In this document: in pieces, positions 8,930 through 18,394 of the stretch
Position numbering within the stretch: position 1 is the first letter of the stretch
Layout of the letters: every line of letters starts with the position of its first letter
Translations under genes and position numbers: made by a program
IMG/VR virus record: IMGVR_UViG_3300045457_000134
Span: 1-25,895 of that record
Source: a virus
Taxonomy: Duplodnaviria > Caudoviricetes
Length of the DNA: 25,895 nucleotides
Direction: 5' to 3' (one strand)
Notes under the pieces: model-generated
What the model was told of the DNA's origin: nothing
Database searches by the model: none
The model's input: the letters and a program-made list of their open reading frames with translations, nothing else

Positions 8930-11900
8930 ATGGCTGACGACCTAGTATATGCTAACGATGAGTTTTTCTACTCCAACGTAAGTTCTGTTACTACCAACTT
9001 CAATGTAAATCCTTATTATGATGACTTTGATCATAAGAACAACTATTATAAGATTTTGTTCAAGCCAGGATTTGCCGTTCAGTCACGAGAACTAACACAG
9101 ATTCAATCAATACTTCAAGACCAGATCCAGAAATTTGGACAGCATATGTTCATGGAAGGAAGCATGGTTCTTGGTGGAAAGTTTACACTTGACACCAGAG
9201 CAAACTATGTTAAGATCAATGATAAAGACGCATTTGGTGAAGATGTAGACATTAATAGTTTTCTAGGTCAAACTATTACAGGTCAGACTACTGGTGTTAA
9301 GGCTTACGTTAATCTAGTTCTAGACGGAACAGAAGGTACAGATAAACCTAAAACATTATATGTAACATATACTGCTGGTAATGCTAATACAGATGAAACA
9401 GTATTTACAGCAAACGAACCACTAGTAGCAAATGCTGGAACACTTATTGTTGGTAATTCAATTCCTGTAGGATATGGATCTGTGTTTACCGTAGCAGAGG
9501 GTGTTCGTTTCTGCAAGCAGCATTTCATTCATCACGATACACAAACTGTAGTTGTAGATAGATATGGTATTAACCCAACTTGTAAAGTTGGATTTGTTTT
9601 GAATGAAGAGATTGTTACATCGGATAAGGATAGTTCACTTCTCGATCCTGCTCTAGAATCATCTAACTATGCAGCACCTGGCGCAGATAGATTTAAGATT
9701 ACACCAATTCTAACAAGACTAGATTTAAATAGTAATGCTGGGTTCCCAGACTATGTTAATCTATTTACTATTGACAATGGTATTGTTAGCGAAATTAACG
9801 AAAGACCACAATACAACGTTATTAAGAATGAACTTGCCAGAAGAACTTATGATGAATCAGGCGACTACTATGTAAAAGGTTTTAATACAGTTATTGAAGA
9901 ACATCTAGATCAAGGAAACGGTGGATATTTAACAAGTTCTAAAGGCGGTAACTTTAATCTACTTTCTGTTCAGGTCGAACAGGGTAAAGCATATGTTCAT
10001 GGATATGAAGTTAATAAGATAAAAACTGAGTTCCTAACATTACCAAAAGCAACCACATATTCAAATGTTAATAATCAAACATCAACATCGAAATTAGGAA
10101 ACTATATTCAGATCAATGAAGCCGTTGGTTCCTGGAATCTCAATTCTGGTCAACTTATTGATCTATATGACACGCCACAGAAAAGAATTTCAACCGGCGG
10201 TGGATCAGCAGCAAGTCAGACAGGTAAGAAAATCGGTACTGCTAGAGTTAAATCAATATCATCTAGCACACCTCCTGCAGGGACAGTTTATAGTTATCTA
10301 GGTAGTCCAAATGGAGTATTGAAAGTTCATCTCTTTGACATCAATATGCTTGGATCTAATACATTCTCCGGTGTCAAGAGTGTGTATTATAATAACAGCA
10401 CTACAGCAGACATTGGTGGTGACGTTATTTTAAATAGTTCAAACAATGCTTACATTGTTGACACATATACTCCTATGTTGTATTACACAGGATCTAATCA
10501 CACAAAGACAATTAGAAGTCCAGATGGAAACATTGACACATCATTCCTATTCAAAAAGACATCAGATGTTTCAGTAACAAGTTCAGGAACATTTACACTA
10601 TCTTCAACAATTGCAAATGAAACATTTCCATATGGATCAGGTACATTAGGTGATACTGATCTTAAAGATATTTTTCTAACACTAAATGATGCTGCATCTA
10701 TTTCATTGACAGGCAGTGCCATTGGAGGAGAAGGTACAAAGACGCTAATAGGATCAGGAACATCATTTAACAATTTGAATCCTGGTGATAGAATTACATT
10801 GTCAGGAAATAGTTCTACATATATTATTGAATCTGTATCTAATAACACATATCTAACTACTACAACAAATTTACCAGCAACCATTGCCAGCAATACTTTG
10901 ACAAAAGTTTACCTTGCTGGTGATATGATTGACTTGACTAGTAAAGGTGTTACAGGTGCTAGATCAGTTACGACAACTGATAATAGTATGACATTTGATC
11001 TCAATGAAACTCTAGGAGCAACTAAGAGTGCAACAGTCTCATATACAATGTCAAGAAACCTAGCTCGTGAAGTTAGAAAAGTTCTTAAGGTTGATCGTTA
11101 TGTTGTTATTAACTGTGCAAGTTCTGTGAATGGAACAAATGGTCCTTATGATCTAGGTTTCTCAGATGTTTATAGAGTTAAATCCGTCAGAAAAGACACC
11201 ACAACATTTTCGAGTGCGACCCAGGGAACCGATGTTACTAATTATTTTTCTTTTAACAACGGTCAAAGAGATGACTGCTATACTCACGCACAATTGATCG
11301 CACCAGTTGGATATCTAACATCAAATGATAGACTATTAGTATGTCTTGATTATTTCCAACCAGATTACACACTTGGCGTTGGATATTTTTCTGTTGACTC
11401 TTATCCAGTTAATGATCAGAATCCTTCTGCAACCGAAATTACAACTATTGGTATTCCAATCTATAGGTCTGACACAACAGGTGTCACATATGACCTAAAG
11501 AACTTTTTGGACTTTAGACCTGTTTATACCAACACAGCGGCAGATTCTACAACACCAGCAGGAGCAACAACAAATCCTGCTGCGCCAACTACATTACAAT
11601 ATGAATCTGCTGGTCTAAGACTTCCTGCAGACTCAGAAACAATTCGTTATGACTTTTCATACTACCTAGCAAGAAAAGATATTGTAACATTAAATAAGTA
11701 TGGTCAATTTATGATCATTCAGGGTGTTCCTAATGTAAATCCTATAACACCTGCATGTCCGCCACATTTAATGTCAGTTGCAAAACTAACAATTAATCCA
11801 TATCCTTCACTATCACCAGCTTTTGCCAAAGCAATTGGTAGAGGCGATATGGCTTGCGGATCTGCCAGAACAGCACAAGTTAGATTTACTATGAAAGACA

Positions 11901-14900
11901 TTGGTGTATTGAAACAAAGAGTTGATAATATTGAAAACTATGTAAGTCTTTCATTGCTTGAAAAGTCTGCAATGGATCTTAAGATTCTAGATGAAAACGG
12001 ATTGGATAGATTTAAGAATGGTATCTTCGTGGATTCATTTACTAGTTTCGTCACATCCGATACAAGCAATCCTGACCATCACATTTGTTATGATCCAAAA
12101 GAAGGTTCAATTAGACCAATTTATGATACGCAAGCAATAGGATATGAACTATATTCTAACACAAATATTGTTAGAGTAAGTAATCTATTGATGCTTCCAT
12201 ATGTTGAGGCTCTTGCTGTATCGCAGCCATATGCAACAACAACTCGTAATGTTGAAACGACCGTTTATCGTTTCATCGGTAAACTATATTTAAATCCAGA
12301 TAGTGACTATTGGGTAAATGATAAGCGTCTGGCAAGTCAGACATTTAGTTTCGGTGCCACCGACGCTGATGTTACTCCTTACTCAATGGTATATGGTGCT
12401 TATCAGACAACAGTTACTGGTATTACTACCACTGATCCTGTATTGATTTCATCTGTATCATCAACATCTTCTGTTTCTGGGCCCGGTTCAAGTGGTGGAA
12501 CTAATACAGTAACATATACAGGTATGGAAATTAAAACTGCTCTACCATCGTTGATTTCTACGTATGGAGCATCTACACCTATTACTGTTGATCCCGGATT
12601 TACTTATAAATTTGTTACTGGACTTAATAATGTCCTTGGATGGATTGATCCTGCAGGATCTCCACATCTTGCTATTACTAAATTACCACAAACACTAGGC
12701 CAACTCAATGATCTGATTAATTATAATGCATCTCAGATTCCTCCTTTACCTGCAGTAAACCTTAGTCCAAGAGATACACTAACACTACAAATTACAGGTA
12801 GTACCGTTAGTATTACTGCCACAACTACAACAACTAATACTTATCAGACTGTTACTTCTACATCAACTCAGGCGTCAAGAACATTTACAGAGACGTTCCA
12901 GAGTTTGCAAACCGAAACACAAAGTATTGGAGATAAGGTTGTAGCTGTTGCTCCTATTGCAGATATTCGTCCACAAACAATTGCATTTGAAGCAAGAGGT
13001 GTTAAGGCATCCACTAGACATTATGTTTATTTTGATGGACAACTTATGAATGATTATGTCACACCAGCAAGACTTGCTGATGTGATTGTCATGGGATCGC
13101 CAGATAATGGTTCAAATACCGTAATCAACTCTGCGAATTATGTTAAAACTGGTGCAGAAGGTGACAAACTATATTCTGACGCAAATGGTAGAGTTTATGG
13201 TTTCTTGAGAATTCCATCTGACTCTAGTAAATCATTCAGAACAGGTTCAAAAGAAGTTACAGTAACAGATAGTCCTACAGATGAACCCGATGCAACATCT
13301 TCTGCCGTGACATTCTTTAATGCTCAGGGTATTACTCAAACTGTTCAAGAAACTATTATTTCAACATCTCATGTGGTGACAGAAACAAAAACAGGTGTTC
13401 AAGTTGATCCTGTAGTTGTTTCTAATACAACAAATACATATTCTGTCACAACAACATCAGTGTCACAAAATACTGTTCCTGGTCCTACAACTGTCACAGG
13501 TAAATTTGTGGATAGAACAAGTTGTATGGCTTATTCATTTAAGTTGAATACACCTTCAGGTGAAGAAGGCACATTTCTATCTAGTGTTGATGTATTCTTT
13601 TCTGAAAAAGATCCAAATCTTGGAGTATGGTTTGAAGTTCGTGCAATGGACGCTGCTGGTAATATCACTAAAACACAAGTTCCAGATTCTGAAGTCTGGT
13701 TAGAATCAAGTCAGGTAAACATATCTGGCAATGGATCAGTTGCAACAAATGTAAAATTCAAAGCACCTATATTCTTGCTAAACAATCAAGAGTATGCTTT
13801 CATCATTCACACTGTTGGAATTAATCCAAATTATTATATGTATGTTTCTGTTCTCGGTCAAGAGGACATTCTAACTAAGAGACCTGTTAATGATCGTCCT
13901 TTGACAGGCACATTATACACTACAAACAATAACACAGATTGGAATATTGTCGATAGAGTTGATTTGAAAATCAATTTTTATAGAGCAAAGTTCACATCAA
14001 GAACAGGTGAAGCTGTTATAGGTAACCAGAGCAGAGAGTATGTTGCTCTTCCATTGACACCAGCAACAGGAGCAAACAGCGCATGGTTTGGTGAGAGATT
14101 ACTTAGCGACGATGAACTAAATCTCACAACTCCAGTTGGAGGTACTATTTCGGTAGGTAATTTCATCATTGGTCAGAACTCTGGTGCAAATTCCGTAGTT
14201 CGTAGCATTGATGGTTCACGTTACAAGATGACAGGCGGTCACTATAAAGTCGGCGAATCATTGTCTGTTTATTTTGCTAATATGACTTCTAAGGGTGTAA
14301 CAAGCACTATTGCTTCCAAGAACACAGCAGAAGGAACAATTTATAAGGCACATCCAAAATCAAATGCTACAAGCACATTACATAGTAATAGCATAATTCT
14401 TACAATTACAGAATCAAATGGTTTGTTTAGAGCAAATGACGTTCTATTCGGACAACTATCTGATAATACTGTAAATGTTACAGCCATTTCTAAGTTTGTG
14501 TATTCATCTGTTCAATTTGAGCCAAGTTACTTAGACTTTATTCCAACCGATTGTCAGTTCTCGATGTTAACCACAGGTAACAATGAGATTGAAGGTACCG
14601 ACTATTTGCCAATTGCAATTAGTTCACCAGTAGACTTTGATCAAGAAAAAGCAATTCTTTCTAGATCAAGAGAGATATCTACTTTTGCTGGAAGACAATC
14701 AAATCGTGTTAAGATCAACATGACGACAACAAGTGACTATGTATCACCAGTTGTTAACATTGATAGAACTTATACTGTGTATATTCAAAATCTAATCAAT
14801 TCCAATACTGCCGGTGAAATTGCTTCTTCTGGTGGTGGATTGAAGAATAAGTATATCTCTCAGATCATAACACTGGCAGATGGTCAAGATGCTGAAGATT

Positions 14901-15271
14901 TACGAATCATTCTAACAGCATATAGACCACCTACATCAAATGCTGACTTTATTGTTTATACTAGAATATCACATGGAGAAGACTTTGAGTCTATTAGAGG
15001 TAGAGATTGGATTGAAATGGAAGCATTTGATACTAAGTCTTATTCATCCTTGACCAATAGAAAAGATTGGCGTGAGTTCCAGTTCAAGTTCCCAGATTCA
15101 TATATGACTGGTAGAAATGATCAGGATTCTCCTATTGTAGAATATACAAATAGTGCCAATACACTATTCCAAGGATTCAAACAGTATCAGATCAAGATTG
15201 GTCTAAAGTCTGATTCAAGTGCTATTTTCCCAAGAGTGGCCGATCTTCGTGTCATAGCATTGCAGAAGTAA
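8930..15271 (+). CDS. vrlC: Large VrlC/DUF4815-like virion structural (baseplate-associated) protein
   Basis: NFNVNPYYDDFD..NYYKILFKPG.AVQ.RELTQ.QSILQ.Q, APGADR.KI, LARRTYDESGDY.V, GKAYV.GYE, DFRP, FTMKDIG.L..R..N.E.Y.SLSLLE, DRFKNG.FVD.F and terminal PRV.DLR.IAL. Usual position after gp8 in non-enteric T4-like phages. Confidence 0.88.
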   Translation: MADDLVYANDEFFYSNVSSVTTNFNVNPYYDDFDHKNNYYKILFKPGFAVQSRELTQIQSILQDQIQKFGQHMFMEGSMVLGGKFTLDTRANYVKINDKDAFGEDVDINSFLGQTITGQTTGVKAYVNLVLDGTEGTDKPKTLYVTYTAGNANTDETVFTANEPLVANAGTLIVGNSIPVGYGSVFTVAEGVRFCKQHFIHHDTQTVVVDRYGINPTCKVGFVLNEEIVTSDKDSSLLDPALESSNYAAPGADRFKITPILTRLDLNSNAGFPDYVNLFTIDNGIVSEINERPQYNVIKNELARRTYDESGDYYVKGFNTVIEEHLDQGNGGYLTSSKGGNFNLLSVQVEQGKAYVHGYEVNKIKTEFLTLPKATTYSNVNNQTSTSKLGNYIQINEAVGSWNLNSGQLIDLYDTPQKRISTGGGSAASQTGKKIGTARVKSISSSTPPAGTVYSYLGSPNGVLKVHLFDINMLGSNTFSGVKSVYYNNSTTADIGGDVILNSSNNAYIVDTYTPMLYYTGSNHTKTIRSPDGNIDTSFLFKKTSDVSVTSSGTFTLSSTIANETFPYGSGTLGDTDLKDIFLTLNDAASISLTGSAIGGEGTKTLIGSGTSFNNLNPGDRITLSGNSSTYIIESVSNNTYLTTTTNLPATIASNTLTKVYLAGDMIDLTSKGVTGARSVTTTDNSMTFDLNETLGATKSATVSYTMSRNLAREVRKVLKVDRYVVINCASSVNGTNGPYDLGFSDVYRVKSVRKDTTTFSSATQGTDVTNYFSFNNGQRDDCYTHAQLIAPVGYLTSNDRLLVCLDYFQPDYTLGVGYFSVDSYPVNDQNPSATEITTIGIPIYRSDTTGVTYDLKNFLDFRPVYTNTAADSTTPAGATTNPAAPTTLQYESAGLRLPADSETIRYDFSYYLARKDIVTLNKYGQFMIIQGVPNVNPITPACPPHLMSVAKLTINPYPSLSPAFAKAIGRGDMACGSARTAQVRFTMKDIGVLKQRVDNIENYVSLSLLEKSAMDLKILDENGLDRFKNGIFVDSFTSFVTSDTSNPDHHICYDPKEGSIRPIYDTQAIGYELYSNTNIVRVSNLLMLPYVEALAVSQPYATTTRNVETTVYRFIGKLYLNPDSDYWVNDKRLASQTFSFGATDADVTPYSMVYGAYQTTVTGITTTDPVLISSVSSTSSVSGPGSSGGTNTVTYTGMEIKTALPSLISTYGASTPITVDPGFTYKFVTGLNNVLGWIDPAGSPHLAITKLPQTLGQLNDLINYNASQIPPLPAVNLSPRDTLTLQITGSTVSITATTTTTNTYQTVTSTSTQASRTFTETFQSLQTETQSIGDKVVAVAPIADIRPQTIAFEARGVKASTRHYVYFDGQLMNDYVTPARLADVIVMGSPDNGSNTVINSANYVKTGAEGDKLYSDANGRVYGFLRIPSDSSKSFRTGSKEVTVTDSPTDEPDATSSAVTFFNAQGITQTVQETIISTSHVVTETKTGVQVDPVVVSNTTNTYSVTTTSVSQNTVPGPTTVTGKFVDRTSCMAYSFKLNTPSGEEGTFLSSVDVFFSEKDPNLGVWFEVRAMDAAGNITKTQVPDSEVWLESSQVNISGNGSVATNVKFKAPIFLLNNQEYAFIIHTVGINPNYYMYVSVLGQEDILTKRPVNDRPLTGTLYTTNNNTDWNIVDRVDLKINFYRAKFTSRTGEAVIGNQSREYVALPLTPATGANSAWFGERLLSDDELNLTTPVGGTISVGNFIIGQNSGANSVVRSIDGSRYKMTGGHYKVGESLSVYFANMTSKGVTSTIASKNTAEGTIYKAHPKSNATSTLHSNSIILTITESNGLFRANDVLFGQLSDNTVNVTAISKFVYSSVQFEPSYLDFIPTDCQFSMLTTGNNEIEGTDYLPIAISSPVDFDQEKAILSRSREISTFAGRQSNRVKINMTTTSDYVSPVVNIDRTYTVYIQNLINSNTAGEIASSGGGLKNKYISQIITLADGQDAEDLRIILTAYRPPTSNADFIVYTRISHGEDFESIRGRDWIEMEAFDTKSYSSLTNRKDWREFQFKFPDSYMTGRNDQDSPIVEYTNSANTLFQGFKQYQIKIGLKSDSSAIFPRVADLRVIALQK

Positions 15272-15275
15272 TAAC

Positions 15276-15536
15276 ATGGACGTATTAGATTATCTTTACA
15301 TAAACGGGAACAAGACTGTAAAAAGTCCTGTTCCCGATAAAGAAACAAAAACAGATGTGGATGGATTCTATAAGACTCCATCCGGTGCAGTGGTGTGTAA
15401 AGACAACAACTCATTGAATGCCTACAAACTAAGGAAAGCAAAGAGCATTCAACTAAATACAATGAAGGATGACATTGATCAATTAAAAACCGATATGACA
15501 GAAATCAAAGAATTACTTAAAGGATTGGTAAAGTAA
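15276..15536 (+). CDS. Small hypothetical protein with a C-terminal coiled coil
   Basis: 86 aa. SGAVV..D...AYK..K then DIDQLK.DM.EIKELLK.L, resembling the small ORF I recall after vrlC in T4-like phages. TAATG overlap with the next gene. Confidence 0.75.
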   Translation: MDVLDYLYINGNKTVKSPVPDKETKTDVDGFYKTPSGAVVCKDNNSLNAYKLRKAKSIQLNTMKDDIDQLKTDMTEIKELLKGLVK

Positions 15537-16660
15537 TGCCCTTAGCAAACGTCGCACTAACAGACACATTTGATACTTGGCGAGTGAGAACAAATCAGAT
15601 TATTGTTGCGTTAGATCAAGCAAACACATATGCATATGGAGTGACCGAAAGTTCTTATGTCATATTTAACAAGGCAAACACAGCGAATCTATTAGCATAT
15701 GATGTTTCTGTTGGAGCAAATGCTTGGACCAATACTGTTTCGACCAGATCAAATAACTTTACCAATTTGTTGACAGGATATTCCAACACATGGGCAAATA
15801 CAGTCGGAACTTCTGCTAATTCTAGAACACTAACGATTGCATCTTATAGCAATTCATATGCAGCATTAGTCGGTGCTTCAGCAAATGCTTATGCCGAGCG
15901 TGTTGGTGCCTCGTCTAATAGCGGAACAAACATAAATTCATTCAATTATTCAAATACGGCTGCTGCCAGATCAAACTCATGGGCCAACACTGTTGGAACA
16001 AGCGGTAATAGTTTTGCAACAACAGTTACAGCATATGCTAATAACTATGCAAACGTAGCCGCAGTAAGAGCAAATTCATGGGCCAACAGTGTTGGATCTA
16101 GTGCTAATAATTATGCTAACTATACTGCCGTATCTGCAAACGCTTATGCAATTACAGTAGTTACTGCTATTGCAAATTCATGGGCAAATACAACAGCATC
16201 TAATGCTAATAACTATGCTAACTATACTGCAATTAGTGCTAATAACTTTGCCGTAGCATCGCTTAGTAGAGCAAACACATCATTTCAAAACACAGCAGGA
16301 ACCTTAAACGGTTCACTAACAGTTGCAGGATCAATTACTGCTACTGGTGATATCACAGCATTCTCTGATGCTAGACTCAAAGAAAACATTGTAACAATTT
16401 CAGAACCATTATCACTAGTCAAGCAACTCAGAGGCGTTACCTTTGATTGGATTGAAACTGGCAAGCACTCATATGGATTGATTGCACAAGAAGTTGAACA
16501 AGTGTTACCAGAACTAGTTGTTTCTGTAGATGGTGGTGTAGAAGGTCTAAGCGAAGAACAAAAAGTTAAGACAATTGACTATTCTAAAGTTGTTCCTATT
16601 TTGATTGAATGCATAAAGCAACTCTCAGATAGAGTTGAGAAACTGGAGAGAAAGGTCTAA
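15536..16660 (+). CDS. Tail fibre protein with hendecad coiled-coil shaft and C-terminal peptidase S74 intramolecular chaperone
   Basis: N-terminal TDTFD.WR..TN anchor. C-terminal GDITAFSDARLKENI...LRGVTFDW...GLIAQEVE.V.PELV...IDY...LIE.IK.L...VE.LE is the S74 autocleaving chaperone signature (from about 16364). Confidence 0.88.
   Translation: MPLANVALTDTFDTWRVRTNQIIVALDQANTYAYGVTESSYVIFNKANTANLLAYDVSVGANAWTNTVSTRSNNFTNLLTGYSNTWANTVGTSANSRTLTIASYSNSYAALVGASANAYAERVGASSNSGTNINSFNYSNTAAARSNSWANTVGTSGNSFATTVTAYANNYANVAAVRANSWANSVGSSANNYANYTAVSANAYAITVVTAIANSWANTTASNANNYANYTAISANNFAVASLSRANTSFQNTAGTLNGSLTVAGSITATGDITAFSDARLKENIVTISEPLSLVKQLRGVTFDWIETGKHSYGLIAQEVEQVLPELVVSVDGGVEGLSEEQKVKTIDYSKVVPILIECIKQLSDRVEKLERKV
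15716..16270 (+). repeat. 17 degenerate protein-level repeats (14 x 11 aa, 2 x 12 aa, 1 x 7 aa), consensus [AS]N.[WY]AN.....
   Basis: Manual segmentation: ANAWTNTVSTR / SNNFTNLLTGY / SNTWANTVGTS ... ANNYANYTAIS / ANNFAVASLSR. Confidence 0.85.
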
Positions 16661-16663
16661 TCT

Positions 16664-17374
16664 ATGCCTATTGCTGGTAGCGGACCAGTTTCATTTTCTA
16701 CTATTGCATCACTTGTAAAAGGTAGTTCAACAGCACAGACATCACTAAATGAATCTCTAGTGAGATATTTGGCTGGTGTGCAATCTGGTGCAATCTCCGT
16801 ATCAAATTTTAGAAACAAGCCAGCTGCAGGATCGGCAACATATAACACACCAGGAACATACACATTTTTATGTCCTGCTTATCAAACATTAAGCGTTGAT
16901 GTAAGAGGTGCTGGAGGTGGTGGTGCTGGTGGCGGTGCCATAGCAGTATTAATTCCAATCAACGGAGATCCAGGAATTGTTGGTGGTAGTTCATCTTTTG
17001 GATCAGCAACATCAGTAATCGCCGGCGGCGGTGGCGGTGGTAACGGTAGTTGTTATAGTGGTTTAATCGGCACTAATGGCACAGGATCTGGTGGTGTTGA
17101 TCAAGGCGCTGGCGGTGGATCTGGGGGTGCCGGCGGTTTAGGTGCATTAATCGAAGCCACTCGTTATTGTTCTGGACTCGCTGGTGGTATAGGTAATAGG
17201 CAAACTAAGTCCTGGACATTTGCATCAACAGCAGGATATGTTGTGTGGGGAAGTAGTTATACAGTAGTTGTCGGACAAGGTGGTGCGGGTGGCGATGGTA
17301 AATTTGGTATTACCGGTAGTGGTGCTAATGGATCAGCAGGAGCCAATGGCTCTGTAACGATAAGTTGGAGTTAA
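16664..17374 (+). CDS. Glycine-rich putative fibre-tip adhesin (gp38-like architecture)
   Basis: N-terminal SGP.S.S.I...SGAIS.SNF..K attachment-type domain, then several GGGG/GAGG tracts and terminal G..G.V.ISW. Directly follows an S74-type fibre, as gp38 follows gp37 in T2/S16. Confidence 0.65.
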   Translation: MPIAGSGPVSFSTIASLVKGSSTAQTSLNESLVRYLAGVQSGAISVSNFRNKPAAGSATYNTPGTYTFLCPAYQTLSVDVRGAGGGGAGGGAIAVLIPINGDPGIVGGSSSFGSATSVIAGGGGGGNGSCYSGLIGTNGTGSGGVDQGAGGGSGGAGGLGALIEATRYCSGLAGGIGNRQTKSWTFASTAGYVVWGSSYTVVVGQGGAGGDGKFGITGSGANGSAGANGSVTISWS

Positions 17375-17375
17375 T

Positions 17376-17813
17376 ATGACAGAGAGACTATACATTCAAG
17401 TAAGAGATGGAGCACCATACGAGCATCCTATTACTGAATCAAATCTAAGAATGATATATCCTTATTTGGATTCAGAAAATCCTCCAGAAGGATTTGAAAA
17501 GTTTACCAGAAACGCAACTCCTGCAGCAGGACCTTTTGAGATATACGAAGGAACTGAATATAGAAAAATAGATGGTGTCTATCAAGATTTTCATGTCATA
17601 AGACCTATGTCTACTGTTGAAAAAGCAAACAAGATTCAGACTATGAGAGAATCATTTCCATATGCTAATACGTGGACACTAAACGAAACTACTGGTGAAT
17701 GGACAGCACCGAAACCATATCCAAATGTTCTTGGAAAATATTTTACTTGGGATGAAAATAGCATGGATTGGATAGAGATACAGTTACCATCACTAACACC
17801 AACCGAAAGTTAA
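17376..17813 (+). CDS. Hypothetical protein, possible tail fibre assembly factor
   Basis: 145 aa with a Trp/Pro-rich C-terminus (PY..TW.L.E....W.APKPYP...F.WDE...W), a pattern common next to Gly-rich adhesin genes. Confidence 0.55.
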   Translation: MTERLYIQVRDGAPYEHPITESNLRMIYPYLDSENPPEGFEKFTRNATPAAGPFEIYEGTEYRKIDGVYQDFHVIRPMSTVEKANKIQTMRESFPYANTWTLNETTGEWTAPKPYPNVLGKYFTWDENSMDWIEIQLPSLTPTES

Positions 17814-17816
17814 CAA

Positions 17817-18152
17817 ATGACAGATTACGTTGAACTTTATATAGATCAAGGAACAGATTTTACAACATCTATTGTTTTACAGGATGATGTAACAGACTTG
17901 TATCAAAATGTTCAAGGATATGTCGTAACTAGTTCTTTAAGAAAATCTTTGCTATCTCAGAATGCCGCAGCAAATCTTGTATGCACTATAACAGATGCAG
18001 CAAATGGAGAAATTACTTTAAGTATGACTGCTGCAAACACATCTAATCTCAGACCCGGAACATATCTTTTTGACGTTCGCACACGTAATTCGGATATTTA
18101 CACTAGATTGGTTGAAGGAATTGTGATTGTTACACCCGGAATAACTAGATGA
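17817..18152 (+). CDS. Hypothetical virion protein, predicted small all-beta adaptor (BppU/Ig-like)
   Basis: L.IDQG.DF, G.I.LS.TAA.T..L..G.Y.FDV and R.VEG...VTPG.TR motifs, which I recall from conserved small T4-like phage proteins. Confidence 0.65.
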   Translation: MTDYVELYIDQGTDFTTSIVLQDDVTDLYQNVQGYVVTSSLRKSLLSQNAAANLVCTITDAANGEITLSMTAANTSNLRPGTYLFDVRTRNSDIYTRLVEGIVIVTPGITR

Positions 18153-18159
18153 GAGTCCA

Positions 18160-18393
18160 ATGGGAAACAAAATAACAGTATTCAGTAAATCAAGTAATCG
18201 TGTTTTAATAAATACTAACCAAAGACAACAGGTTAAGTCTGTTAATCAAGTTGGTTCAAGCATCAATACTTTGTCAAAACTACAAGATATCGATGCCTCC
18301 GACGCTGATAATAACGAAGTGTTAGTTTATGATGAGGCAAGTGGAAAATATGTTGTCAAAGAATTGCCTATCATAAACGGAGGAACTTTCTAA
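18160..18393 (+). CDS. Small fibre connector-like protein ending in NGGTF
   Basis: 77 aa. L..L.D.D......VLVYD..SGKY fibre-type repeat and C-terminal INGGTF. GAGAG RBS. Confidence 0.7.
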   Translation: MGNKITVFSKSSNRVLINTNQRQQVKSVNQVGSSINTLSKLQDIDASDADNNEVLVYDEASGKYVVKELPIINGGTF

Positions 18394-18394
18394 A

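Noticed and set aside
8930-15271. Intein or homing endonuclease in the very large VrlC ORF, and 'virulence' implied by the VrlC name
   Set aside because: I found no Hint or LAGLIDADG/HNH motifs. The size is normal for the family, and VrlC homologues in T4-like phages are structural proteins.
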